Translations under genes and position numbers: made by a program
Virus record (IMG/VR): IMGVR_UViG_3300024982_000001
Location: 1-53,823 of that record
DNA from: a virus
Lineage: Duplodnaviria > Caudoviricetes
Strand: one strand, 5' to 3'
Length of the DNA stretch: 53,823 bases
Notes under the pieces: generated by a model
What the model saw: only the letters and a program-made list of their open reading frames with translations
What the model was told of the DNA's origin: nothing
Database searches by the model: none
Part shown: piece by piece, positions 27,858 to 37,082 of the stretch
Layout of the letters: each line of letters begins with the position of its first letter
How positions within the stretch are numbered: the first letter of the stretch is position 1

Positions 27858-28412
27858 TTAATGATTACAATTAAATGTGTATTTTAGAATTCCGTTTATT
27901 GAGAAAATATGATATGGCTGCATTCCGTTTAATTTGATATTTGAAATATCAAAACCCTTCAATACATCTTCAATGCCTTTCTCAATTCCGGTAATTTCTA
28001 TTGTTCCTAATTTTTTTAATAGCTTGTAACAAGTATCCTGAATTTCTGTATCCGGCCAATATGTTTTACCTTCAAATAAGCTTACTCCATTAACGAAAAG
28101 CTTTTCAAGGTTTAACATAAAAACAACTTTTATATTTGCTTCAAACTTTTCTTTTTTGATTTGATGGTTATCGCTATCAATGAAGAAAACATTTCCTCCT
28201 GGTGCTTTTGCCGAATCATAATAAACCTCTTTTCGTTTTGGCCATACAGCGTAAAACTCCGGAGTAAATGATTTTCCATCTTTTGAAAGAACTTTTTGAG
28301 CCCTGCCATAAAAATCGACATTTGTGAATCCTAATTTCGAACTCAAAACATTTTGAGTAATCTGTATTTTATTGTCGATTCCTTTTGCAGGATATGCGTT
28401 ATAGTTACTCAT
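27858..28412 (-). CDS. Probable tail terminator/neck protein
   Basis: Lies between the adaptor and the tail tube gene; MQPYHIF motif. Confidence 0.5.
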   Translation of the reverse strand: MSNYNAYPAKGIDNKIQITQNVLSSKLGFTNVDFYGRAQKVLSKDGKSFTPEFYAVWPKRKEVYYDSAKAPGGNVFFIDSDNHQIKKEKFEANIKVVFMLNLEKLFVNGVSLFEGKTYWPDTEIQDTCYKLLKKLGTIEITGIEKGIEDVLKGFDISNIKLNGMQPYHIFSINGILKYTFNCNH

Positions 28413-28415
28413 GGC

Positions 28416-29000
28416 CTACCAGATTGAACCGCTATTTACAGTTGCTTTGATTGGAAATATTTTGTTGGTTGCTTTTCTAATGGCTTTGTCCAATTTCTGA
28501 ACTAAACCGCTTGCTACCAATATCCCGGTATCATTTCTGAAACCTTCTAATTCCAGCTTCAAATTTGAAACTGCTAGTTTGGCGTTTCTTTCTACAATGT
28601 TGCTTTCTTTGGTGGTCATTAATAGTTCAAGGACCATCATTGCAACTTTGTAACCAATAGCATCATCAAAAAGAATCGCATTATCAATGATTATATCATC
28701 ATAAGCTGCTGTATTATCATACTGTAGGTTCTTATCCATTATCAATGGAATAATTTCCCTGGTTGCCTGATATTTAAGAGCAGTTAAAATATTGTTGAAT
28801 TTTTCTTCTGCATCATCCCCTGAAACAGGACAAGCTGCAAATATATTTTCAACAGTAACCAATGAATGAAACGATTTGAAAAAACGTCCGGTTGAACCAA
28901 CAGAGTTGGCTTCATCCACCTCAATGGAGAAGCCTTCCTCTAATGGTATTCCGAATCCTATTCTTTCGGATAATTCTACTATGGTATCTTCAGAATACAT
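28416..29000 (-). CDS. Probable head-tail adaptor
   Basis: First gene after the capsid gene. Confidence 0.5.
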   Translation of the reverse strand: MYSEDTIVELSERIGFGIPLEEGFSIEVDEANSVGSTGRFFKSFHSLVTVENIFAACPVSGDDAEEKFNNILTALKYQATREIIPLIMDKNLQYDNTAAYDDIIIDNAILFDDAIGYKVAMMVLELLMTTKESNIVERNAKLAVSNLKLELEGFRNDTGILVASGLVQKLDKAIRKATNKIFPIKATVNSGSIW

Positions 29001-29009
29001 ACTTTGCTA

Positions 29010-30554
29010 TTAAGCTACAGTTGCTGTGATTGTAACAGTGTCAGAAGCTACAATTCCTTCGCTATCCGTAACAGTTAACTTGAATACATAAGTACCAGTT
29101 ACCAATCCGTTTGCTGTCGCGTCAACCACAGTTGCATCAACAAATCCCGGAGTACCTGGTCCAGAAACAACCGTCCATAGATATGATGCAATTGTTTTAT
29201 CTCCTGCTGCAGTTACCGTTGCGTTCAATGCTTTATTAGCAGCGTTGGCAGTAGTATTGGTTCCGGCATCAACTACAGGAATTTCAAGAACAGCTTTCAA
29301 CGTAGTTTCTTTAGCTTTAGATAGTTTGTTAACCAATTTGATTAACTCAACATCAGTATTGCCAGTTGTAGCAGTTACGCCAACAGCAGCCAATGCAACG
29401 ATCAAGTTAGCAACAGTTACAGTGCTATCTTCGTAGATAGTGATAGTTGCGTTACTTTCTGTTTGTCCTAAAGTAGTTTGCGCTTCTGCAGCATCTAATT
29501 GATAGATACTTGAAACATTGCTTACTACAGGAACTGCTAAAGCCTGAGAAGATGTAAACTCAGCAAAAGGCTCATTTTCATGCCATTTTTTAAGCAAGAT
29601 AAACGTGTCTGATTTCGCATAAGTAACGGCTTTGTTCTGACGAGTTTCTTCTGCAAGCATACCGTAGAATAATTTACCAACATTCACTGCCGGAGTAAAT
29701 ATTACTTTGTTTGCTGCCCAAGGAGTCAATACAGTTCTTAAACCGTTTTTCTCGTTGATGATAACTCTATCCACAATAATAATGGTAGGTAGCTTATTTT
29801 TCTTAAGCATTCCATTTACTGCTTCTAAATCCGGAATAGGAATATTAGTGTTTTCACCAGAGAAGTTTTGACTGAAACCATAGAACTGTCTTACTTGCTC
29901 GTTAGCTGCGAAGTTGTCAAACGTAGTATCATCCATTCTCATAATGGTTGGAATATCTCCGTTAGCTTTAGCAGCTTTCATAACACGCTTGATGTCATCA
30001 ATTGGTTTTGCATTAGCATCTGTCCAAATAACTTCGGCACCGAACTTGTTTTCATCTTTATAGTTCAAGTCAATTCTGATACCTAAACCAGTATTGTTTT
30101 CTTGCTCTAAAACGGAAACGCCTTCAGATAGTAACTGCAATCCGATGTATTCCAATTTCTCGTGAACTCCCATGATACACTTTGGAGTGTCTTCAAAGAT
30201 TTTAGCAACCAAAACAGATGTTTCAACATTTCGGCTTTTAAGAATGTCAATATCTGACATCAATTTCTCTGACATTTTCATTTTCATACCGATTTTAGGA
30301 ATATCTCCTGTAGCGGAACCAAATGAACCTCTTCTTTTTAACGGTAAAGCAGAGTCTAACGACACAACGTCAGCAGATACTTGACCACCGTCAACATTAA
30401 GAGATTGCCATTTAAGATCAGTGGAAAGCTCTGGCGAGTACATTTCCTTGTAAGAGTAAGTAGCAACGGTTTTCTTACCGTTAACTCTTTCCTCAATTGC
30501 TTTAGCTAACTTCTTGAAATCAGCAGCCCATTGGATAAATAATGATTCTAACAT
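29010..30554 (-). CDS. Major capsid protein (lambda E-like) with C-terminal PKD/Ig domain
   Basis: ADVVSLDS, GDIPKIG and WTDANAKPIDDI motifs; C-terminal VDAG...SYLWT...GTYVFKLTVTD...SDTVTIT. Confidence 0.88.
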   Translation of the reverse strand: MLESLFIQWAADFKKLAKAIEERVNGKKTVATYSYKEMYSPELSTDLKWQSLNVDGGQVSADVVSLDSALPLKRRGSFGSATGDIPKIGMKMKMSEKLMSDIDILKSRNVETSVLVAKIFEDTPKCIMGVHEKLEYIGLQLLSEGVSVLEQENNTGLGIRIDLNYKDENKFGAEVIWTDANAKPIDDIKRVMKAAKANGDIPTIMRMDDTTFDNFAANEQVRQFYGFSQNFSGENTNIPIPDLEAVNGMLKKNKLPTIIIVDRVIINEKNGLRTVLTPWAANKVIFTPAVNVGKLFYGMLAEETRQNKAVTYAKSDTFILLKKWHENEPFAEFTSSQALAVPVVSNVSSIYQLDAAEAQTTLGQTESNATITIYEDSTVTVANLIVALAAVGVTATTGNTDVELIKLVNKLSKAKETTLKAVLEIPVVDAGTNTTANAANKALNATVTAAGDKTIASYLWTVVSGPGTPGFVDATVVDATANGLVTGTYVFKLTVTDSEGIVASDTVTITATVA

Positions 30555-30557
30555 GGC

Positions 30558-30962
30558 TTAGTCTTGTGTAAATCTGATTAATACTAAATCTGTTTTTGCT
30601 CCGGCTGGTGTGGTAAATCCTCCACCATTTACAAATGCTACTTCATTTACAGTTCCACGAACCATAATAGATGCAAAAGGTTTAGCTTTCAAGATGCTTG
30701 AAACTAAAATACCTTTGTAGGTGTGACCACCTGGCAAAGCAACATAAGCTCCTGAAGTTACATTCAAAGGCTTTAATACCTTTGTTGCAGTTTCTTCAAT
30801 GATAATGTGCCCTGCATTGATTTGACCTGTTGGAGTGTATCCTGATACATCCAAGGTCTTTCCTCCTGGAATAGTTTCTAGGTTCTGAACGATAACAATG
30901 CTATCGAATTCAGTAGAAACATTTTCCGGAGTACCGTTTAAATTTGCAGTCGTTCCTGACAT
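30558..30962 (-). CDS. Head decoration protein
   Basis: PGGKTLD, AGHII and GTVNE motifs; between scaffold and capsid genes. Confidence 0.7.
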   Translation of the reverse strand: MSGTTANLNGTPENVSTEFDSIVIVQNLETIPGGKTLDVSGYTPTGQINAGHIIIEETATKVLKPLNVTSGAYVALPGGHTYKGILVSSILKAKPFASIMVRGTVNEVAFVNGGGFTTPAGAKTDLVLIRFTQD

Positions 30963-30989
30963 GATTTTTACTTTTTTAAAGATTAAAGT

Positions 30990-31652
30990 TTAGATATTGA
31001 ACTGATCAACAACATTATCTATCACTTTTTGCTCAGAACCTTTTACAGTATCACCTGCTGGAGGTGGTCCTGAATAGCCTAAATTATTAGCGATGTTTTG
31101 GGTAAGTCCGCTATACTCCGTTTCCAAATTCGTAACCTGCGCTGCGATTTCATCTTCCGTCGTTTCGGGTGTAACAACCAATCTTTTCAACCAGTTTTCT
31201 TTTACTTCAGGAGTTAAGCCTTTAAGAACTTCAGAATTTTCAAAGGCTGCTTTTGCCGATATACTCTTTGTTTCTACAACTTTACCTGATTTAAGTGCTT
31301 CAACTTCTCCTGTCAATTTTCCAATTGCATCAAGCAATTTTTGATTAGGATCGTCTGCTGGTTTAGGTGGTGCTGGTGGATCAGCTGGCGGATTCGGTGG
31401 TGTAGGTGGATCAGTTGGTTTTTTCTGGTTTGCTTCCAAAGTCCGAACTCTGTCGTCCTCTTTCGCAATGTCTTCAAATGACATAATGCCGTTGAAGTCT
31501 TCCAATACCAAATCGATTGCTGCATCATCTGCATCATCTGCCGGTTTTGTTGCAAGTTTATCCGCAATCGCGTCTAACCTCTTAGTCGATAAGTTAGCCT
31601 TAGGATATTTAATCTTAAGTCTCTCCTTAATCTTTACTGCTGTTACTGCCAT
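30990..31652 (-). CDS. Capsid scaffolding protein
   Basis: Helical with a Pro-rich linker (PPTPPNPPADPPAPP). Likely start MAVTAV. Confidence 0.7.
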   Translation of the reverse strand: MAVTAVKIKERLKIKYPKANLSTKRLDAIADKLATKPADDADDAAIDLVLEDFNGIMSFEDIAKEDDRVRTLEANQKKPTDPPTPPNPPADPPAPPKPADDPNQKLLDAIGKLTGEVEALKSGKVVETKSISAKAAFENSEVLKGLTPEVKENWLKRLVVTPETTEDEIAAQVTNLETEYSGLTQNIANNLGYSGPPPAGDTVKGSEQKVIDNVVDQFNI

Positions 31653-31679
31653 GATAAATGTTTTTTGATTTATATGCAA

Positions 31680-31724
31680 CAAATATATAAAATATTATTC
31701 TTATTTAGTCTAAATAAAAATAAG
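31680..31724 (-). promoter_or_regulatory. Promoter of the head-tail operon with a 35-bp conserved element
   Basis: TATATTTG at 31680-31687; 31690-31724 is identical to 16226-16260. Confidence 0.75.
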
Positions 31725-31856
31725 GTATTTTTTTAAAGAAAAAACCACCCCGAATAGAAGTGGTTTAATAGCAATGTTTTTGATTAAGATAGCTAATCCT
31801 TTTTCAAGTTTTCGCCTAACCTCGGAAGACTTAATCATAACATTCGAGCCGCCCTG

Positions 31857-32234
31857 TTAATATGATTTTTCAAGTCTGTTTTTAGCTAAATCCTGAAAAT
31901 ATTTTAAAGGTTCACGTTCCAAAGCATTATCAATTTCATCCTGATTGGTATTGAATGTGAAATCAGTTGGAGGTTTTAGAATTTTAGCATCAATCATCAA
32001 GTTTTTAAAATGATAGACAGTTGCAAGTGCTATTCGATGCTTCTTGGCCATTTCATCCACCCACGTTGATTTGAATTGCTTTAGCTTACAAAACTCTTCA
32101 GTCAAAATGTTTCTTTCAAAAGTCAATCGCATGTTGTTGTGCTTGAAATAATTGACAATATTATTTTTCATGATTTCGTTTAGTGCTTCATTTTCCATAA
32201 TCAATTTAGTATTGTATGTACTTACTGTACTCAT
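31857..32234 (-). CDS. Hypothetical protein (possibly a winged-HTH, Fur-like N-terminal pattern)
   Basis: Likely start MSTVST, 1 bp after the portal stop. NMRLTFERNIL...IALATVYHF resembles the Fur DNA-binding pattern (RxTxxR...IxxATVY). Confidence 0.55.
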   Translation of the reverse strand: MSTVSTYNTKLIMENEALNEIMKNNIVNYFKHNNMRLTFERNILTEEFCKLKQFKSTWVDEMAKKHRIALATVYHFKNLMIDAKILKPPTDFTFNTNQDEIDNALEREPLKYFQDLAKNRLEKSY

Positions 32235-32235
32235 T

Positions 32236-33666
32236 TTACGCCGGAGTTGGTTTAATCTCTTTTGCCTTATTATCCTCTGCAATTCTATTAATCTCAGCTT
32301 GCGGATCATCACTCATATCTAGAATTTTGATTCCGGTTTCCTTACTCATTACTCCAGCTGATACAGCAGAAGAAACAATATCGACAGCTTCTTTCACATC
32401 ATCCGGTAGAATTGAATTGAATTGGATATCATAAAAAAGTTTTTGAGATTCTGCTTTCAATCCGGTGTTGGTAGTTGTAACCATTCCAGAAATAAGTACG
32501 TTGATGATGCGTTCAATCATTGTTCTGTTTTCTCCTTCGTTTGCTGATGCTTTAATAACACTATCCAAGAATAACAACCTCAAAGCAACACCTGATATCT
32601 GGCCAATTCCCTTCACGTTATTGAAAGAAAGATTAGGTGTTGATGTGATGGCATAGATTAGATTTTCAAGAGTGTTCAATTCAAGTTTATTTGATTCAGG
32701 CGCTGTGTCCGCTGTAAGGAATTGAACATCGCTTCTTATTTCGTTCCCTTCATTATCAATTTTAATTTCACAAAGCCAGGCTTTACCATCTTCATCTTTA
32801 TCTGGAGCGTTTTTGACTTCTCCATAAATCTTAAGCATTGGATGTCCGGAATAATCATTGCTGGCTCCCAATTTAGAAATTGCCACCTCAAATCTATCAA
32901 TCATTGCCTGAGCATCGAACCACTCTGGTTGTTCCTGGTCAACATAAACAACAGGAATTCTATCGAAACCGTGAGGTTCAATAATCGGTGGATTTTGTCC
33001 AACTATCTTATGAACGGTTTTCTCTGAATAAATCCAGGTATTTATCAACTCCTTACCTTCAGCATCCTTATTCTTAAATATCCAAGTAAAGAATAGCATA
33101 TTTCCAAACGCATCGAAATAAGGATACATTGAACCGCTCGTGTTTTGAAGAATAGAAAGCTTGATTTCTTTCCTTTGTCCTGATATTCCAAAAAATGCCA
33201 ATGCCTTTTGAATTAAAGAACCTTCTTTGATGTCAGTAATACTGAATACAATTGCAGCTTGAGTCTCTGATTTTTTTAGGGAAACAACTTTATTGATAGC
33301 GGCATCAATCCGATTGATTTTCCACAGTCTTTTTAATAATTCGTCAAGTTTAGAGTCAGTACCTTTTTCAAAAGAAGGAATCAATGTTACTGGCTTACCT
33401 ACTTCAAAAGCAGTTGCGGTACCAACTATTTTTTTGATGAATGGTACCGGAATACGAACACCTAAAACCGTTTTAGATTTTTCTGTACCTGCATTAACAG
33501 GTTTGTCTTTTTGGATTTCTCCAATCTGAGTTTCTCTAATTTTACGGTCCGTCGCTTTGTATTCCTTGATTATTTTTTCAATCGCTCCGGCATCTTTCCC
33601 CTGAGATTTTAATAATGTAATAGCTTTAGTTTGATCTGTAGTCAATAATGCAATGATTTCTTCCAT
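32236..33666 (-). CDS. Portal protein (SPP1 gp6-like)
   Basis: HGFDRIPVVY and SGVALRLLF motifs; follows TerL. Confidence 0.9.
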   Translation of the reverse strand: MEEIIALLTTDQTKAITLLKSQGKDAGAIEKIIKEYKATDRKIRETQIGEIQKDKPVNAGTEKSKTVLGVRIPVPFIKKIVGTATAFEVGKPVTLIPSFEKGTDSKLDELLKRLWKINRIDAAINKVVSLKKSETQAAIVFSITDIKEGSLIQKALAFFGISGQRKEIKLSILQNTSGSMYPYFDAFGNMLFFTWIFKNKDAEGKELINTWIYSEKTVHKIVGQNPPIIEPHGFDRIPVVYVDQEQPEWFDAQAMIDRFEVAISKLGASNDYSGHPMLKIYGEVKNAPDKDEDGKAWLCEIKIDNEGNEIRSDVQFLTADTAPESNKLELNTLENLIYAITSTPNLSFNNVKGIGQISGVALRLLFLDSVIKASANEGENRTMIERIINVLISGMVTTTNTGLKAESQKLFYDIQFNSILPDDVKEAVDIVSSAVSAGVMSKETGIKILDMSDDPQAEINRIAEDNKAKEIKPTPA

Positions 33667-33672
33667 GGTAAT

Positions 33673-35133
33673 TTATATATTAAGTTTTTTGATTTCTTCT
33701 TTTGATGTTACATATACTGTACTTCCTGTATTATGCGCAATATGACCGTACCTTCCCATGTCCCATATATGATTGAATTTATCAATCGGTTGATTTATTG
33801 AAATTCCATTAATCTCTTTCATTCTATAATTCTGTTGCTCTTTCAGCGCCTGTTGGTAAAGATGATTTTTAACAATGTGAATCTTTTTACCTTTCATAGA
33901 GTTGAGCCAATACATAACAGACTTTGTTTTGCTAATTTTATATGCATTTTCAAAGCCTTCATGCTTTAATCCTTTAACCATTTCAACCGTTCCCTTATTC
34001 TCACCGGTATATTTATCTGCTGAATCACATGGAATAATTGCCTGTTCATCAATATCTAAACTTCTCAAAAGAGCAGCTAGTTCCGGAGGTGTCTCTATTG
34101 GCTCGTAGCACAATGGCTCAATCCAAATATTATGTTCATCCTCGGCATATCTTCCAAGCACATTAGGATCAGTTGTGAATCCAAAGTCATTAGGATATAT
34201 TACCGCTTTATCTTGTGGCCATTGTTCAGGCTCAATCCATTCAACATAAGGGAAAATAACTCCTTTCATTGCTCCACGTAAACCAAGTCCATAAACCTTC
34301 CAATTGAATTCATCAGCTGTACCATTGGTTATGTTTGTTGGATGCGGTGGGGGTTGATTTGTTTTTGAAACAGGCTCAACCTTTTTTAATACCTTGTTGT
34401 AGCACATTATGATGCTATTTTCAACAAAATAGGAATCAGGAAGCCATGGTTCCCAGCTTAATATTTTATTCTTTTCTCCAACAGATATATGCTTGTTATT
34501 AAGATAAGTAGTTCTTAAAAATGCAACATCGGGACGGGAAAGAACATTGTCAAAGAACCAATGGTCAGTAACCGAAGGATTATAATCTGCCCACCAAAAC
34601 TTTCTGCATCTAAGCTCCACCTGGTCGAATACTTCCTTACGGATAAACATCATTTCATTGAAAAAAGCATAATCACAACCTCCACCGTGTTTTCCATCTC
34701 CAAGAAAAAAAATAGTGCTTTTACCAATCCTGAAACTCTTTACTTCTTTTGCTCGATGGAAAGGATTAGGAAGTCCATAATCATCAAGCCTACGTTTGAA
34801 ATCATCATATAGCGTAGTCTTGAATTCGTTGTATGTTTCCCGGTAGATATTGATTGTGCATCCATCAGGCTCTTGGTAAAGAGAAAGCCAAATTATTATA
34901 TCTACTCCTGACCATGTTTTACCGGAACGCGAACTTCCTTCCAATGCACAACCTCTGTATCCTCCAATCAACTCATCAATTTCATTATACATCTGCTGTT
35001 TTATGGCATTGTAAAGAAGTGCATAATTGGGATTAGTATCTTCATCAATTATTGTCAACCTTTTTCTTGAAATATCAACATCCCTTTCTTTCAAAAGGGT
35101 TTCTAATTCCAACATTTCGGCATCACTCAACAT
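33673..35133 (-). CDS. terL: Terminase large subunit (PBSX-like)
   Basis: EGSSRSGKT Walker A, FFNE Walker B, DYNP, DFGFTTDP and NHIWDMGRY nuclease motifs. Confidence 0.93.
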   Translation of the reverse strand: MLSDAEMLELETLLKERDVDISRKRLTIIDEDTNPNYALLYNAIKQQMYNEIDELIGGYRGCALEGSSRSGKTWSGVDIIIWLSLYQEPDGCTINIYRETYNEFKTTLYDDFKRRLDDYGLPNPFHRAKEVKSFRIGKSTIFFLGDGKHGGGCDYAFFNEMMFIRKEVFDQVELRCRKFWWADYNPSVTDHWFFDNVLSRPDVAFLRTTYLNNKHISVGEKNKILSWEPWLPDSYFVENSIIMCYNKVLKKVEPVSKTNQPPPHPTNITNGTADEFNWKVYGLGLRGAMKGVIFPYVEWIEPEQWPQDKAVIYPNDFGFTTDPNVLGRYAEDEHNIWIEPLCYEPIETPPELAALLRSLDIDEQAIIPCDSADKYTGENKGTVEMVKGLKHEGFENAYKISKTKSVMYWLNSMKGKKIHIVKNHLYQQALKEQQNYRMKEINGISINQPIDKFNHIWDMGRYGHIAHNTGSTVYVTSKEEIKKLNI

Positions 35134-35134
35134 A

Positions 35135-35362
35135 TTATTTCAACATTGTTATCTTTAATTTTCCGGAAGCAATAAGTACAGCAACATTTGATTCAACTAT
35201 ATCTCTTTCTTTTTTTGAAAGCAATGATTTCTTTTCCTGAATGAGATTATATTCTATAACATGCCTTTTCATTACTTCATCTTCAAGAGCATCTTTAGCT
35301 AATTTCTCAGCTACTTTACGTTTGAAGTTTTTGATTTTATTTTTAAAGAATTTTATCATTAG
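35135..35362 (-). CDS. Hypothetical protein
   Basis: Basic ORF abutting terL; start uncertain. Confidence 0.5.
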   Translation of the reverse strand, partial: LMIKFFKNKIKNFKRKVAEKLAKDALEDEVMKRHVIEYNLIQEKKSLLSKKERDIVESNVAVLIASGKLKITMLK

Positions 35363-35562
35363 TAAATTGTTTTTTCTGTTTGTAATTCCCATCCATAATG
35401 ATTAGAGACTTCCATTCCCGAAATCACTTCATACATAATTCCATGTTCCTGGATTATTATTGCTGTAATCATTCTTGGCTTTTGGTCTATATCGTGTTTC
35501 AGGAAAACAGTGTCGCGAATACTGAAATCATTTTCAATGGTTAGTTTTTTATTTTCTGACAT
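35359..35562 (-). CDS. Hypothetical protein (SH3-like)
   Basis: FSIRDTVFLK...PRMIT pattern. Confidence 0.55.
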   Translation of the reverse strand: MSENKKLTIENDFSIRDTVFLKHDIDQKPRMITAIIIQEHGIMYEVISGMEVSNHYGWELQTEKTIY

Positions 35563-35577
35563 CTGGTTAGTATTAGT

Positions 35578-35608
35578 AAAACCGCCTCACTGATAAGCAA
35601 GGCGGTTT
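35578..35608. terminator. Intrinsic terminator
   Basis: aaaccgcct...aggcggttt. Confidence 0.7.
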
Positions 35609-35616
35609 CTGATTTG

Positions 35617-35844
35617 TTAATCTTCTAGTTCATCCCACTTAGAACGACCTTCCGGTGCCAAATCCGAGTGTTGAACCTTGAAAACATATACTGTTTCTCC
35701 AACCCCAAGAACTGTCAAGTCAACGCTGTTATCGTTAACCTCTGTAACATCTGCCACATAATCTTTTCTTGGTTGCGCAAATTCCTTGTTTCTTCTGACA
35801 CTTGGTGTAAACAACACTCTCTGTCCTCTTTTTGCTTTTGCCAT
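35617..35844 (-). CDS. Hypothetical protein (SH3-like)
   Basis: GQRVLF...ADVTEV...VDLTV pattern. Confidence 0.6.
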   Translation of the reverse strand: MAKAKRGQRVLFTPSVRRNKEFAQPRKDYVADVTEVNDNSVDLTVLGVGETVYVFKVQHSDLAPEGRSKWDELED

Positions 35845-35877
35845 AATAATCTTAGCACTTATCCTTGCAATCGGATT

Positions 35878-36069
35878 CTATAATTGGTTATTAATTGATT
35901 CACTTTGGCTTAAATCATTTATGAAAACATCTCCATCTCTCAACACAATTTCCAGATTATCATCCTCCGTTGTTTCAGCATAATCGAGTAGGGCATAGCC
36001 TATAAATTCAGCATCAGTTGTATGTTGTCCATTGATAAAAATCTGTCCGTTATTGATGCTTACTATCAT
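35878..36069 (-). CDS. Hypothetical protein
   Basis: ATGA overlap with the AP2 gene. Confidence 0.55.
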   Translation of the reverse strand: MIVSINNGQIFINGQHTTDAEFIGYALLDYAETTEDDNLEIVLRDGDVFINDLSQSESINNQL

Positions 36070-36287
36070 GCTTTTTTAAGTATTTGAAGTGGTTTATTTA
36101 GTCCTAATGCTAAAATCTTTCTGTCTCTTGATTTGGCTGCGACTCTTTCTTCTTCATGATATCCACATTCATATCTCACTTTCTTATCGGTTACATAGGC
36201 AACCCACTTCTGAATGTCTCTTCTCCATGTTACACCAACATACTTCGATGTTCTTTTCTTTTGTTGCTCTTGCGCTTTTGTTAGCAT
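36066..36287 (-). CDS. Stand-alone AP2-domain DNA-binding protein
   Basis: TSKYVGVTW...KWVAYV...G.H.EE..AA...D. Confidence 0.8.
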   Translation of the reverse strand: MLTKAQEQQKKRTSKYVGVTWRRDIQKWVAYVTDKKVRYECGYHEEERVAAKSRDRKILALGLNKPLQILKKA

Positions 36288-36472
36288 ACTTTGATTTTAA
36301 AAATTGTGCTGTCTTTCCATTAAGGCTTTCGCCATGCTGCCAGTCTTTCGGTAATTTGCTCTTATAAAATTCAACTACGAGTGTCGGCTGTTCCAAGAGC
36401 TTTGAGTCAACCATTAACCGATGCCTACATCTCAGACAAGAGAGGAGTTTATGAAGGAACAGCTTACTTTAG

Positions 36473-36545
36473 TTGCGAGGGAGGGATTCGAACCCTCGAC
36501 CTGTAGGTTATGAGCCTACCGAGCTGCCAACTGCTCTACCTCACG
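36473..36545 (-). tRNA. tRNA-Met(CAT), initiator type
   Basis: CGTGAGG TA GAGC AGTTGGCA GCTC G GTAGG CTCATAA CCTAC AGGTC GAGGG TTCGAAT CCCTC CCTCGCA A folds as a full cloverleaf with a C1xA72 mismatch and A11-U24. CCA is not encoded. Confidence 0.93.
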
Positions 36546-36563
36546 ATTTTTGTTTTGATTTGT

Positions 36564-36595
36564 AAAAACCTCTCTAGGCATGTAGAGAGGTTTTT
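36564..36595. terminator. Bidirectional terminator
   Basis: aaaaacctctcta-ggcatg-tagagaggttttt. Confidence 0.8.
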
Positions 36596-36615
36596 GTATT
36601 CGGATGATATTTATT

Positions 36616-37002
36616 TTAACAGCTGTTTCGGGATAAAGCCAAACCTAGCTTTTGTAAATTCTTTTCCTGATCTATTAAGTAATTAGAATTTAACTTTTCA
36701 GTAAATCGAATCTGTTCAAACCTAGCATCTAAGCTTTGCCACCCTACGTCCAAAATGGTTGCAAAGGATTTAACAGGTTCAAAATTTCTAACTACATAAT
36801 TTTGGGTTGAGTGACCCGAAAAGATTGTCACTACATCGTAGTCGACAAAAGAAAAAGAAAGTACATCACCAACGATTGTAGAGACATGGAAGTCTTTAAC
36901 AATTGCTGTTGTTTGTTTTGTCTCCGGCAATGGAGTACTTGACATCGCCGTTAAACTAATCATCCCGATTAGTAAAATAAAGAGTGGATTAAAATTTTTC
37001 AT
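36616..37002 (-). CDS. Hypothetical exported protein
   Basis: Signal-peptide-like N-terminus, with its own promoter and terminator. Confidence 0.6.
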   Translation of the reverse strand: MKNFNPLFILLIGMISLTAMSSTPLPETKQTTAIVKDFHVSTIVGDVLSFSFVDYDVVTIFSGHSTQNYVVRNFEPVKSFATILDVGWQSLDARFEQIRFTEKLNSNYLIDQEKNLQKLGLALSRNSC

Positions 37003-37025
37003 TTGAAATGATTTTTATTTCATTT

Positions 37026-37067
37026 CAAATGTAGCATATTTTGATAATAAATAGCAAAATATGATAA
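37026..37067 (-). promoter_or_regulatory. -7 promoter element with paired TAGCA-N-TGATA operators
   Basis: TACATTTG at 37026-37033; boxes at 37032-37047 and 37052-37067. Confidence 0.7.
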
Positions 37068-37082
37068 ATTAATTTAGAAGAA

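Noticed and set aside
36184-36470. 76-aa ORF or an additional ncRNA downstream of the tRNA
   Set aside because: The ORF overlaps the AP2 gene by about 100 bp and has no motif, and I could not derive a convincing RNA fold by eye.
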